DNA of 64,000 nt, taken from positions 64,001-128,000 of the forward strand of contig CH464491.1 of the NCBI GenBank assembly GCA_000002445.1, in the 5' to 3' direction. The DNA is from Trypanosoma brucei (Eukaryota). How positions within the stretch are numbered: position 1 is the first letter of the stretch; the number at the start of each line of letters is the position of its first letter. Under the pieces are notes generated by a model. The model was not told the DNA's origin. It worked only from the letters and a program-made list of their open reading frames with translations, and ran no database searches. Position numbers and translations under genes: made by a program. Shown here in pieces: positions 1 to 9,966 of the stretch.

Positions 1-132
1 GTGCCAAAAGGTGACAGGACGCTTAATAATAATGAAGCATATTCGCTTAACAGTGAATGATTCCCTTAATGTTGTTTTTCCCCCTCACTCAGGGAGTAAT
101 GCCCACTCCTCACCGTAAGTACGCCAGCGGAT

Positions 133-2079
133 TCACTGAGTAGCAGAAATGTAGTTTCCAGACGCTACAACATCAGCATACATGTCCCTTTGAGTTTGTG
201 TACGGTCTCCCTTCAGTACCCGTTGCAACACCAACGGTGGGGCTGTTCGCATCCGATGCTGCAGTCGCTTCGTGTCCCGCTCAAAACCTGCTGTCATGAG
301 TGTCTCGGCTAAATCAACAGGAGGTGCAAACACGAAGGTCGGCGCATCATCATCGGAGAAGGCGTCCTCATCATCACTCGGTTCATCTTCATCGTCCACT
401 TCGCTTTCACACAGCAAGAACCCCGGATATTCATTGTTTAAATTAATCCGGGGATCGGCTGGTCGGGGTGGTGGGTTGAAAGGCGGTAGCACGCCGGTGG
501 AAAACCGACTACACATGTCAACCACGTCTCCCATATCAATCCAGGGAATAGGTAATCTGTTAACGTTACGCCCAATAACACGAAATAGATTAACAATAGC
601 CGCATCACCAGGATTCACAACAGCGTCGGCAACTTCTGCAACACCCTTGCGCGCTAACCACCTGTTGCGTACCACACGCATTGCTTTCAAGACTGGGGCA
701 AACTTTGCCTGTGAGGAAAGTTTAAAGCGCCTACATGCAGCCGCACGCTCTATACATTCAGCAAAATGTTCAAGGTCCCAGTCATCAAATGTATTTGCAC
801 GGTCAATTATAGACTTCGCCACGAAAGCAAGTTCGGATATGGGGCTCCGCACCTCACCGTGAAGTCCAAGGGCAATTTGTGTCGTTACGCAAAGCCTGCA
901 GTTAACGTGACGCGCGAGGTTCCTCCCCCGCAAAACCTTGGAACATAGCGGACATTGCATAGATTCCCACGTCGGATCAGAGTTCTCATCGCCAGCGAGA
1001 CGCACGATCCAACGGTCCTTTTCATTTGTTACACGAAAAGTGGGACGGTGGATAAGAATAAACTCACGCACGTCACCGAACTCGGCAACAACCTCTTTGC
1101 TTGCTAAAGTAGACAGACGGTTAACCAACACATCCAATTCAACCGCACCACCGCAACTTCGTATCGCCTCACGAATGAACCGCACCCCAAGTGGGAAAAA
1201 CCCGCGCTTCACGCCATGTTCGTCACGAGGAAGCTCTAAAGGCATAACAACATCAGAGTAGTCGGGAACTTTGCCATTCTCAGCTGCTACACCACGGACT
1301 GCATTAAGAAGCTCCGCCTCCTGTCGGCGGTCCATCTCCTCACGGTTCCGATCCATAATCTCTCGAAGGCGTTTTCGCCGCGCGTTTTGATAATTCTTCA
1401 GGTATTCTGCAGGAACCGCTTTCATGTAACCTTGCGGTGCATCGGCATCAGGTTGAACCTCAGGAACAGCAATTTCTTGAGGTCGTGCTGGTGCATAACT
1501 GCTCGCCATGTTCATTGCAACCTGACTATCAATAGTTTTTACTTGAAGTATGTGTTTAGCCCCCGCGGGCCTCTCTGTCATCACAGCCTTCGTCGAAAAG
1601 GCACCAGCAGTCCTCAGAGCGCAGCTGTGAAGCGCCACAACACCGCGCTCACGCTCCGATGCACTGGCATTATTACGCGCTGTTTCCTTCTGTGTTTCTG
1701 GATCAATCTCTAATAAAATCAGAGACACGAGAGGAGCACCAAACACTACTGCAATAGAATATTTGAGAAGGCTTTTGAAATCGGCCCACTCGGGACCGTC
1801 TGCTGCTGGCGCTGCTGTTGTGGCAAGGGATCGCAGGCGGGGCCGGAGGGAATCAAGAAAAATTACGTGTTGCTTTGCTAGTCGATCAATAAAGAACCAC
1901 AGTACCAGTCGCTGCCCACCGTGCGATGTACGAAGCGCATTCTCTACTGCGTCAATGATTCCTTCAACGTTTGCCAGATGGGATTCGCACTGTTGGGCAA
2001 GGCCACTTAGCTGCTCCATGCTGCAACCCTCCGCAAGTGAAGCAATGGCATCACTTAATTCTCCCAGTGTCAAACTCAT
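133..2079 (-). CDS. Hypothetical conserved protein, 648 aa. The N-terminus resembles a CID/RPR-type helical domain (RLVLWFFIDRLAKQ). It has an internal Cys/His cluster (CPLCSKVLRGRNLARHVNCRLC) and an acidic C-terminal tail (DDEDEPSDDEDAFSDDD).
   Basis: Long minus-strand ORF with balanced composition. A purine-rich + strand tract at 2080-2160 (polyY on the coding strand) lies just upstream of the ATG. The domain call rests on weak motif resemblance only. Confidence 0.55.
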   Translation of the reverse strand: MSLTLGELSDAIASLAEGCSMEQLSGLAQQCESHLANVEGIIDAVENALRTSHGGQRLVLWFFIDRLAKQHVIFLDSLRPRLRSLATTAAPAADGPEWADFKSLLKYSIAVVFGAPLVSLILLEIDPETQKETARNNASASERERGVVALHSCALRTAGAFSTKAVMTERPAGAKHILQVKTIDSQVAMNMASSYAPARPQEIAVPEVQPDADAPQGYMKAVPAEYLKNYQNARRKRLREIMDRNREEMDRRQEAELLNAVRGVAAENGKVPDYSDVVMPLELPRDEHGVKRGFFPLGVRFIREAIRSCGGAVELDVLVNRLSTLASKEVVAEFGDVREFILIHRPTFRVTNEKDRWIVRLAGDENSDPTWESMQCPLCSKVLRGRNLARHVNCRLCVTTQIALGLHGEVRSPISELAFVAKSIIDRANTFDDWDLEHFAECIERAAACRRFKLSSQAKFAPVLKAMRVVRNRWLARKGVAEVADAVVNPGDAAIVNLFRVIGRNVNRLPIPWIDMGDVVDMCSRFSTGVLPPFNPPPRPADPRINLNNEYPGFLLCESEVDDEDEPSDDEDAFSDDDAPTFVFAPPVDLAETLMTAGFERDTKRLQHRMRTAPPLVLQRVLKGDRTQTQRDMYADVVASGNYISATQ

Positions 2080-2084
2080 TAAAG

Positions 2085-2160
2085 CAATTCTTGAATACTA
2101 CTACAAAAAAGAAAAAAGTAAAAAAAAAAGGAAAGCTTCAAAACAACTTTAAACATCCAT
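2085..2160 (-). promoter_or_regulatory. Polypyrimidine tract (on the coding strand) upstream of the first gene; candidate trans-splicing acceptor / polyadenylation-coupling signal
   Basis: + strand: acaaaaaagaaaaaagtaaaaaaaaaaggaaagcttcaaaacaac, which is T/C-rich on the minus strand. It lies immediately 5' of the ATG at 2079. Confidence 0.5.
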
Positions 2161-2665
2161 CTCGTTAGGCAACCAAAAAAAAAATGTTCACATAGCACCC
2201 ATCTCGTTGTAAGAAATCAGTTGCGTGGCAACGCACTTGTCCACAATCATCACTATGAGTTGGTGCGACGGGGCTGCACAAGCCACACAGTCCGTTCGTA
2301 TCTACGAAATGAAATCCATTCTCTGGAAAATGAAACATCGGTGGATTGTCCCTAAATATAAGCAGGTTACGTAAACTAGAAAGCATTCAACAACTACGGC
2401 AAGGCGTTGTTTTAATACTGTGTCAGCGATAGGCAGTGGAACCTAACAGCGCAGCGCAAGGTTCACACCCCTGTCCCGCAAATTTACCAGCAAATTACAG
2501 AAACCACATGTGAGTAAAACACATGTGTATCACAACGGTACGCCCTGCAGAAGAACGAAAAGCAGCAGGAAGTAAAGAAAAATAGAGAAAAAAATTTTAA
2601 AAATAGGATTGGAAAGACCAGGGGCGAAGCAATAACTAAACACAGAACTCACTACATCAGACATT

Positions 2666-3448
2666 TTACGACCGGGTCAAACACGAAGCCGCATTTTTGC
2701 ATGCCTTCATCCGCTGAGCGAAACACATAGCAAAGTCTCGTTGGGGTTGCGACGGACTAACCTGAGGGCGATTGGCCCGGACAAGATTCTCAGCATCCGC
2801 ATATTTCATATTCCCATACGTGGTGAGGTAGCACATGACCATCATCCAACTGCGGCCCTTGCCTGCTTTGCAATGAATATAAGCGGTCTCCTTCCTCACA
2901 TCAACACACTGATAAATCTGCTCAACTGCAGAAACAACCACATCGAAAGAGACGTCTGCTGTCGCGTCCTCCAATGGAACATGGCAGTATTCGACATCCG
3001 GATTAACATATTGGCGCCAGGCTGTCTCATCAGCGAAGGTTATCACCGGAACACCAAAACCCTGTATTTCAATTTCCTCCATGCACGCAACAACAAGTCC
3101 TAGTTCCTGATCTTTAGTCCTCAGCTGTCCGGCAAGTTGCACCAAGTGGTTTCCACTGTCTCCAAACTTTGTGACAACGGGAAGAGCTCCAAGTATGCAC
3201 CTATCCGTTATGAAGTTCCAGTGGAGAAAATCGTGCACAAGACCCATCTTTCGTCCGAAATAACCGGGTACTACTGTGGCGGTTAATGATCCCCAGAAGT
3301 AAGCCGCTTTCCGTGCAGATGTCAGCGCTTGTTGCATATAATCCACCACATCATCACTATCCCCAGCCGGAGGAGATCTCATCTCATCCAGTTTTCGGGG
3401 TTGCATATCGACAGGGCCGTCATCAGGACAACAATTAGGCGAACTCAT
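2666..3448 (-). CDS. Dual-specificity / PTPMT1-like protein phosphatase with a CX5R active site
   Basis: The motif IHCKAGKGRS (HCxxGxxRS P-loop) lies in the C-terminal half of a 260-aa ORF. Hydrophobic beta strands precede it, as in DUSP/PTPMT1 folds. Confidence 0.6.
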   Translation of the reverse strand: MSSPNCCPDDGPVDMQPRKLDEMRSPPAGDSDDVVDYMQQALTSARKAAYFWGSLTATVVPGYFGRKMGLVHDFLHWNFITDRCILGALPVVTKFGDSGNHLVQLAGQLRTKDQELGLVVACMEEIEIQGFGVPVITFADETAWRQYVNPDVEYCHVPLEDATADVSFDVVVSAVEQIYQCVDVRKETAYIHCKAGKGRSWMMVMCYLTTYGNMKYADAENLVRANRPQVSPSQPQRDFAMCFAQRMKACKNAASCLTRS

Positions 3449-3854
3449 ATCCTAAAAAAAAACAGTGCAGAAACTGACTTCTTCAAAAACGAAAACAGAA
3501 ACGAGTTTCAGAACCTCGGACGGACACATTTGTGCATCTGTTCCACCTCACGAAAACAAAGAGCAAAAAGAAAAACACTCACAAGGCACTCCTTCACTTC
3601 TGTACCCATCAACTCATAAGGTGACCACAAACCTTCCACCAAAGAGGTTGAGTGAATGAGGCATTCAACCACTACATCTGGACATGTGTTTTACATGTCA
3701 GTATTTTCATTTCTTATCGGCGCCACAAAACTGTTAATAGTGGCAATTGCAGCCTTAGAACTAAAGACCACCTCACTTGTCGGGACTGCACAGTAAGAAG
3801 AAGAGAAACTGCAGGTACAACTAACAGGAAGGAAACGCAATCGCACGGCAACTA

Positions 3855-4409
3855 TCAATTTGTGGTGCTAACGCCACGGACGACACCGTCCCATCGCCAA
3901 CCGGGTTTAATACAATATGAATTTTCCCATATCCGCTCATCCGCACGCACCACTGGGCGGAACCTTTCTTCGGAGTACGGCAAATACTGCGCAAGGAGCT
4001 TATCATCTAGTGAGTGCCCTGATTCTGCGTAACTTAAAGTTGTGAAGTACACCTGAAGTAACTCCTCCGACATCAGTCCCTTCCAGTGATCCGGAACATC
4101 TCGATCCTCACGAAGGGCGGCATGTCGCCTCCTCGTCGCTACTGCTGGAGGGCGTACGTTTGACGCGCCTTGGTATGATTCGCGCATTTGTCCATCGCAC
4201 ACATCAGTTACAAAACCCTCAACGGTCTCACCACAACCACTGCTACTTCCAGCTCCATTACTTTCGACGTCCGGTTCCTCCGTTCTTAATCCCATTGCCC
4301 ACAACATCTCATCCTTATCGTCACGAGTGTACCGAAGAAGTGGCTCCTCCACATATCCATCCGCATCATCGTCATCGCTGTCGCTATCGAAGCGGCGTAG
4401 ACGTTTCAT
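3855..4409 (-). CDS. Hypothetical protein, possibly BUD13/CWC26-like (RES-complex splicing factor)
   Basis: An acidic RRFDSDSDDDD tract is followed by a C-terminal IKPGWRWDGVVRG resembling the BUD13 signature RPGYRWDGVDRSNGFE. The start is taken at MKRLRR (4409). The ORF extends to 4475, but that stretch reads as UTR-like. Confidence 0.4.
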   Translation of the reverse strand: MKRLRRFDSDSDDDDADGYVEEPLLRYTRDDKDEMLWAMGLRTEEPDVESNGAGSSSGCGETVEGFVTDVCDGQMRESYQGASNVRPPAVATRRRHAALREDRDVPDHWKGLMSEELLQVYFTTLSYAESGHSLDDKLLAQYLPYSEERFRPVVRADERIWENSYCIKPGWRWDGVVRGVSTTN

Positions 4410-5108
4410 CCCACCTTTATAATGCAAAAGCAAATGAGAGGGAAAAGGGAAGGATACTAAATTTAAGAAAAACATATTTAAAGGAAAAAAAAAAAGAAAC
4501 GTAGTATCCCAGCGTCCTCCTGGGCATTCTTTTTTTTAGAAAGTTTCCTCTCGTTCGTGTTCCGCCTCGCTTCCACTAGGATGCACACTTAGTCAGCACA
4601 TTTCCATTAAGGCTCAGAAATGGAGGCCGCACGAATTCATCATAGTTCCAAACCGCCACCATATGCGGCTTGTACACCACATCGTGAAACATTGAGGACC
4701 ACGCAAAACATTATCGTAAATATACACGGACCTGCTCAGGCACCGGTGAAATACTCGTGATGTTATACAAATAAAGTGATGGTGCACCTCTGCCGCATCT
4801 ATTACATGTCCAACGCAGAGGTAAAAAAGGAAAAGAAAAAAGAAAAAAAGAGAAGCAGCGGCACCCCCGTAAATATATATATATATATATAGCTGCGCTT
4901 AACTGATGTATAAGCAATAATGTTACACAAACGTAGACACACACACTAGAAAGTCTGATATCCCCTCGTTACTACATAGTTCAAAGGAGCGGAAACAAGT
5001 AAAGAAGAGGTGCATCCGTCGTGAAAGCGGTTCCGTGCAGTTGCCGCTGGCGGACAACATTTTCTGCACATAATCTCCTCTCCCCTTCCTCCTCCTTCGT
5101 TTCGGGCA

Positions 5109-7274
5109 CTAACTGGAAGACTCCACACGGGAAGATTTGCGAGACCCTCTGAGGACATTTACGTTACTCAGTGATGAATCAGAGGAAGGAGTCAACATCC
5201 AGGGAGGTTTAATTTTGCTTGGAGAAAGGACCTGCTCCACAGAAGGTGCACAATCCGTTTTCGATGCCGCTGAACCATGAGTGGACTGTTCTCTTTCAGC
5301 TTTTGGTGCATCCTCAACCGGTTGTTCCCGACATTGCACAGCCTCACACTTCTTCTGAAGTACCGAAACTAAGTCCTCCGCAGAGTGGTTATACTCCTTT
5401 GGATTGAAAGATGACAATAACTGACGCATCTTCTCTTCGTTTGCCTCACGGCGTCTCCGTTCCTCTTGTAGTTCCTCGAGAAATGTCTCAAGAGCACGCT
5501 CTGTTCTCGTATCAGACTTTTGTATCTCTCGAAACTCCTCGCGAAGGCGTTCAACCCGCTGGTCATCTTTTTCAGCTTTACACCCAGAATTTTCCTGAAG
5601 ATTATTTTCCCCTCCTTGCAGAGGGAGCTCTTGCTTGTGGTGTGCAGACTTATCCGCTGCTTCAGTGGAAGTAACCTGCCGAGAAACGAGGGCCCTTTTC
5701 AGGCTCATAACACAACGCCGATAGACGTGCTCACGCCTCGCATAACGATCTAACTCACTTTGCAAGTGAACAAATAACCTAAACCACAACGTTCCATGTG
5801 CAACTTCAAAAGGGCACCGAGGGCATCGGTGCTTTCCATGAGCAGATGAATCGATCCGACAATCATGGCACTTATTGCTACACCCTTTTATAAATTCATC
5901 GCTCTTCGAGTTAACGTCTGCAACTTCAGCACCACTTGTATCATTTCTGTGATTCACAGCCGCTGTAGCACATCCCACTTTTTCGTAAGATGCTTTGTTT
6001 GAAGCCAAGCAACTTTTCCCTCCGCCCATACCGTTTTCCCCTCCCATGTGACGTTGGATTTGTCTTTCGGGTCCCTTTACTCGCGTCGTGTAAAATACAA
6101 AATCGTCAGTCTTTTCCCCCAATTTGCTAGTTCCCACAACATGTTTATCTGCAATGTGCGTCGCTGTGCCCCCTTTGCAGGCACAGATCCATTCTTTAAG
6201 GAGGCACATGGAGCAAGAAGTACTGATGCCGTTGCGCGAAGCATACACGTGGGCTCCTGTGGCAGCTATACGATATGATTCCCTAAACGTTTCCGGGAAT
6301 TTTGTTCCAACAGGAGTGGCGGGAGCAAAACATGAAACCCACAACCCCGGACGCCGGCCAAGTAGCGCCGGTTCAACTAGAGATGAGAGCGCAGTGGTGA
6401 TTCGCACCTCATGAGGCGCACGGCATTCGAGAAGTTGAGCAGCCGTGACTATGCAGTGTCGTGTTGAACAGACGCTACGTGCCCGTTCTGAGGCAGAAAG
6501 TGATACAAACCATAACGTTGTGTTCTTTTGTCGTGAAGAAGCGGCGTATCTCAGAGACAACCCGAACAATTGACTACATCCAGAGGAAACAGATCCACGC
6601 ACACACTCCAGTACGGTTCTCATGGCATATTCGTCCTTTATTTCACAGCATGATACATCCTGGAGGAGAGCAATTGCACTCTCACTAGCATGATCATCGC
6701 TAGAACCCCCAAGGTCGGCTTTACTTTTTTTATTTGCAGCTAATGAGACACCTAAAATCAAATCCTTTACAAAACCGTCATCACCAAACTCCATGGCGGT
6801 TAATGAAACGGCCTCTAACAACGCTGCAGTTAAATCCACCGACAAGGACATAAACAACCGACAACATTGAGCTAAAAGTCCTTCCGTTGCATCAAACAAT
6901 GTACAGTTACGAGTTACTTCAGTTCCATCTACTACAATGACGGATTCTGACGAAGCAAACGGAGGCAATATTGCACGCGCTACTGGCAGAACAACGTGAT
7001 CAAAAATCTTCCTGTTTGATTGAGCGAAGAGGTCACACTTTAGCACTTGATGAGCCCTGGAGTCCGTTACATCTGCGATTGTAACTTCACTACCGGTGTT
7101 ATTAATTGTGTAACGCATTCGCGGACAACCGCCAAACACGCGGTGCGCCTCGTCGGGGCGGAACTCTCGAACTGCCACCAGCATTGCAGGAACCTGCTTT
7201 CCAGTATTACTTAATAAATTAAGAATGGTTGGTATGAAGGTATTAAACAAGTTTAAAGACACGCAAAAGTACAC
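5109..7274 (-). CDS. Hypothetical conserved protein, about 690-721 aa, with a Cys/His-rich segment (CSNKCHDCRIDSSAHGKHRCPRCP) and a C-terminal charged coiled coil
   Basis: Long minus-strand ORF. An alternative start is MLVAVREF at 7184. A polypurine tract on + at 7300-7400 (polyY on the coding strand) lies upstream. Confidence 0.55.
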   Translation of the reverse strand: MYFCVSLNLFNTFIPTILNLLSNTGKQVPAMLVAVREFRPDEAHRVFGGCPRMRYTINNTGSEVTIADVTDSRAHQVLKCDLFAQSNRKIFDHVVLPVARAILPPFASSESVIVVDGTEVTRNCTLFDATEGLLAQCCRLFMSLSVDLTAALLEAVSLTAMEFGDDGFVKDLILGVSLAANKKSKADLGGSSDDHASESAIALLQDVSCCEIKDEYAMRTVLECVRGSVSSGCSQLFGLSLRYAASSRQKNTTLWFVSLSASERARSVCSTRHCIVTAAQLLECRAPHEVRITTALSSLVEPALLGRRPGLWVSCFAPATPVGTKFPETFRESYRIAATGAHVYASRNGISTSCSMCLLKEWICACKGGTATHIADKHVVGTSKLGEKTDDFVFYTTRVKGPERQIQRHMGGENGMGGGKSCLASNKASYEKVGCATAAVNHRNDTSGAEVADVNSKSDEFIKGCSNKCHDCRIDSSAHGKHRCPRCPFEVAHGTLWFRLFVHLQSELDRYARREHVYRRCVMSLKRALVSRQVTSTEAADKSAHHKQELPLQGGENNLQENSGCKAEKDDQRVERLREEFREIQKSDTRTERALETFLEELQEERRRREANEEKMRQLLSSFNPKEYNHSAEDLVSVLQKKCEAVQCREQPVEDAPKAEREQSTHGSAASKTDCAPSVEQVLSPSKIKPPWMLTPSSDSSLSNVNVLRGSRKSSRVESSS

Positions 7275-9329
7275 GGTGGCACCAACATCAGTTATTAAAG
7301 CTAAACGACCGAAAGGTAGGAACTAGGGGCAAACAGAGTTAAAACGGAAAGAAAAAAAAGCGACAGGAACATCCACGCCAGTAAGCAAAAAACACTCTGT
7401 GGTGCTTCCGCTTCATTATGCATACAAATCGCCATAACTTCACGGCTTTTCATCTCTATCACTAAAGGAAAGGAAAAAAAATGAAACGTGTGAGCTTTGC
7501 GCGCAAGCACAAACACTGCTCATTCAAAGACAGTGCCACTTGAAATGCAGGGGAAGCACGGTGGGCGAACACAGGAACTCCCAAACATCACCATAAGAAA
7601 TGTACCGATCGCACAGCATGCGACTTCGTGGCCGCATAAAAAAAAAAAATAATAATAATAATCAGGTATAGAAACCAAAGAAGGAATCATTATGCAATCA
7701 GAGGTGCGAGAGCGGAGGAAAATTCGGTGACCGAGTCAGCAAAACGTTGGTGAAAAAAAAAAATAGCCACAACGCATTTATAAGACACATGAGTTGCGAA
7801 TTCACAGTTCAAAGGGGAATTTGACAATGCACATTCCTTTCAAACAAAGGCACATACACATACATATATTTATATAAGCAAGTGATTCCCCCTGCTTCTC
7901 TAAAAGCGAGACGTGTCAAGGCGAAAAAAAACAACTTTTCAGTGACAAAACAACGCCCGAAAAACGTAAGTAGCAGCACAATACGAAATATAATATTATA
8001 TAATGTAATACAATATAATATGTGAACTACACCGAATGGCATATGCAATGTGACGTTACTACCAACGCAACATCACGGGATCTTCATTCAACAGCACGGG
8101 CAGAACAAATGTGGCTTGACGTAAGGCACAAAAAATGCGGCCTAAGACGCCGCTCTCATGCAAAGGGCACTCTTCAAAAAAAAAAAACAGGCAAAAAGCC
8201 CTCTCAATCACATCCAAATGCAGAGGGACAAAAAAAACACTCCAAAAAATACTCGAGTACCCACCTCTGGAAACATTGTGCGGAAAGTTTTTCACAAATT
8301 AACATACTGATGAAGAAAAATCATTTGTTCATGAAATCATTTCAGCATTCCCCCTTGAGATGAAGCATTTATTACAGCAAAGGGAAACTGATAATCCCAA
8401 TCAAAGTTATACACACACATTGATGTGTATTCCAACTCGAATAAGAGTGTGATAAAGAATCACGAATTCTCAATCATTATCCCCTTCAGACCAAACTGAA
8501 AGCGGAATTTCTAACTGGAATATTCACAAATCCGCTCAAAGGGACAATTGCACTCCGTCTCAACTCAAGACGTAACCTAAAGCCAAATTGCCATAAAGAC
8601 TCCTATAAAAGGGTTCAATACATCACGGAAGCTTGTGAAATACTGCGTGATGAAGCGCCACCACCACGTAAATAAGGCGTTATATATAAATATATATCGA
8701 GAGAGAGAGAGCGGGAAAACAGTTTCCTCAAAAGCAAGATTACAACACATCTCGCAACACACCTTTATGGGAGCCGTCGCAAACATTAAAGCATGGGCCT
8801 TTCAATTCTTCACAGCGATTAGGGCCGTTCCCGACAGTTATTTTACAGATATGAATGTGTTCATTTGCAGTTTAACGACATCAATGTCGTTACGTGTAGG
8901 GGTTTGCCCTCGACCGTGTTGGTACGCCTGCAAGTTGATAATAGTTTCCAATAATATTGGCCATAACTTTCCTAGATGTTTAAACTATCGACAGAGGAAG
9001 AAGAAAAAGAAGAAAAGAAGAAGCAAATGCGAAAGTTTCAGTTTGGTAACGGGACCCGCAACTAAATATGGCAGGCAAGAAAGCATGACATGCTCTCATT
9101 GCCCAATTTGACATTTGTCAACCACATCGACGAATCGTCACGGGAGTCGCAGTTCAATAGTTGAGAGGGAAGTATGTATCTACATGTTTTTCCTTTTTTT
9201 CTCTCCTTTTTTTGTTTATTCTCGCAGGCAGAAACAGAGAGAGGTTGAAGAGGGGGAAAAGGACGAAAAACGAGAAAAGACGACAACTGACCTGTTTTCT
9301 AATGCCGCAACACGGGTTGTGTGGGTGCC

Positions 9330-9602
9330 TCAACCTGTTTTCCACAGGAGAATGGAAATCTGACCAACGTAGAAATAAATGAAGTGCTTGCTCTCGTGCA
9401 CGACATCAGCGCCAAAGTTTCGGCCGGCAATGCACTGCCACGTGGGATTGTGACGCTTATCAAACTCTTTTTTGATGTGCGCAGCAATATCTCGCTCAAG
9501 TTGATGTTCCTTCACGGCGCGGGCAGCTACCAGGAGTGCATCGTTTTGCATCTCTTCACTGATGTCACTCAGTTTTACATTGGTCTTGCGATCACTCATC
9601 AT
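9330..9602 (-). CDS. DYNLL: Dynein light chain LC8 (DYNLL family)
   Basis: The translation ...[75 protein letters not shown] is near-identical to the canonical LC8 consensus ([42 protein letters not shown]). It is 89-90 aa; the start is probably the second Met, at 9599. Confidence 0.9.
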   Translation of the reverse strand: MMSDRKTNVKLSDISEEMQNDALLVAARAVKEHQLERDIAAHIKKEFDKRHNPTWQCIAGRNFGADVVHESKHFIYFYVGQISILLWKTG

Positions 9603-9966
9603 CTTTGCGTGCTGGACGGTAAAGTTCCTCTACAACTAGAAGAAAATTATATTAAAATTAAATGAACAGAGGCAAAGGGAGGGAGAGAAATTAGGATGCG
9701 CGATATCTGAAAACTATACTGCACGCGATAACGGCACCTCCAGGCGGACACCGGTTTCGGAAAATCATCGGCTTAGCAGCAGAGGGTAACAGAACAAGAC
9801 AATCACGGTAGTACTTGCACCACTATGACAATAAAATGCCAACAAACTGGAAGTTGCTCACTTTAAAAAAAAAACACGCGAGCATACGTACACGTACACG
9901 AATTGTCATACAACCTGACTAGCAGACGTAAGGCGCTACGAACCTTTACTGTGGTTCAAACAAAAA

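Noticed and set aside
272-2168. Several + strand ORFs (272-862, 938-1261, 1387-1713, 1763-2152) lying inside the first minus-strand gene
   Set aside because: They are antisense to a long, well-formed minus-strand CDS, are rich in Ser/Arg/Thr, and have no motifs. Every other gene in the window is on the minus strand. They are typical antisense read-through artefacts.
8635-9111. 158-aa + strand ORF in the 2-kb spacer upstream of LC8
   Set aside because: It is on the strand opposite to the transcription unit. It runs into an A-rich tract, giving a KKKKKKRR tail. It has no recognisable domain and no polypyrimidine tract in the required orientation.
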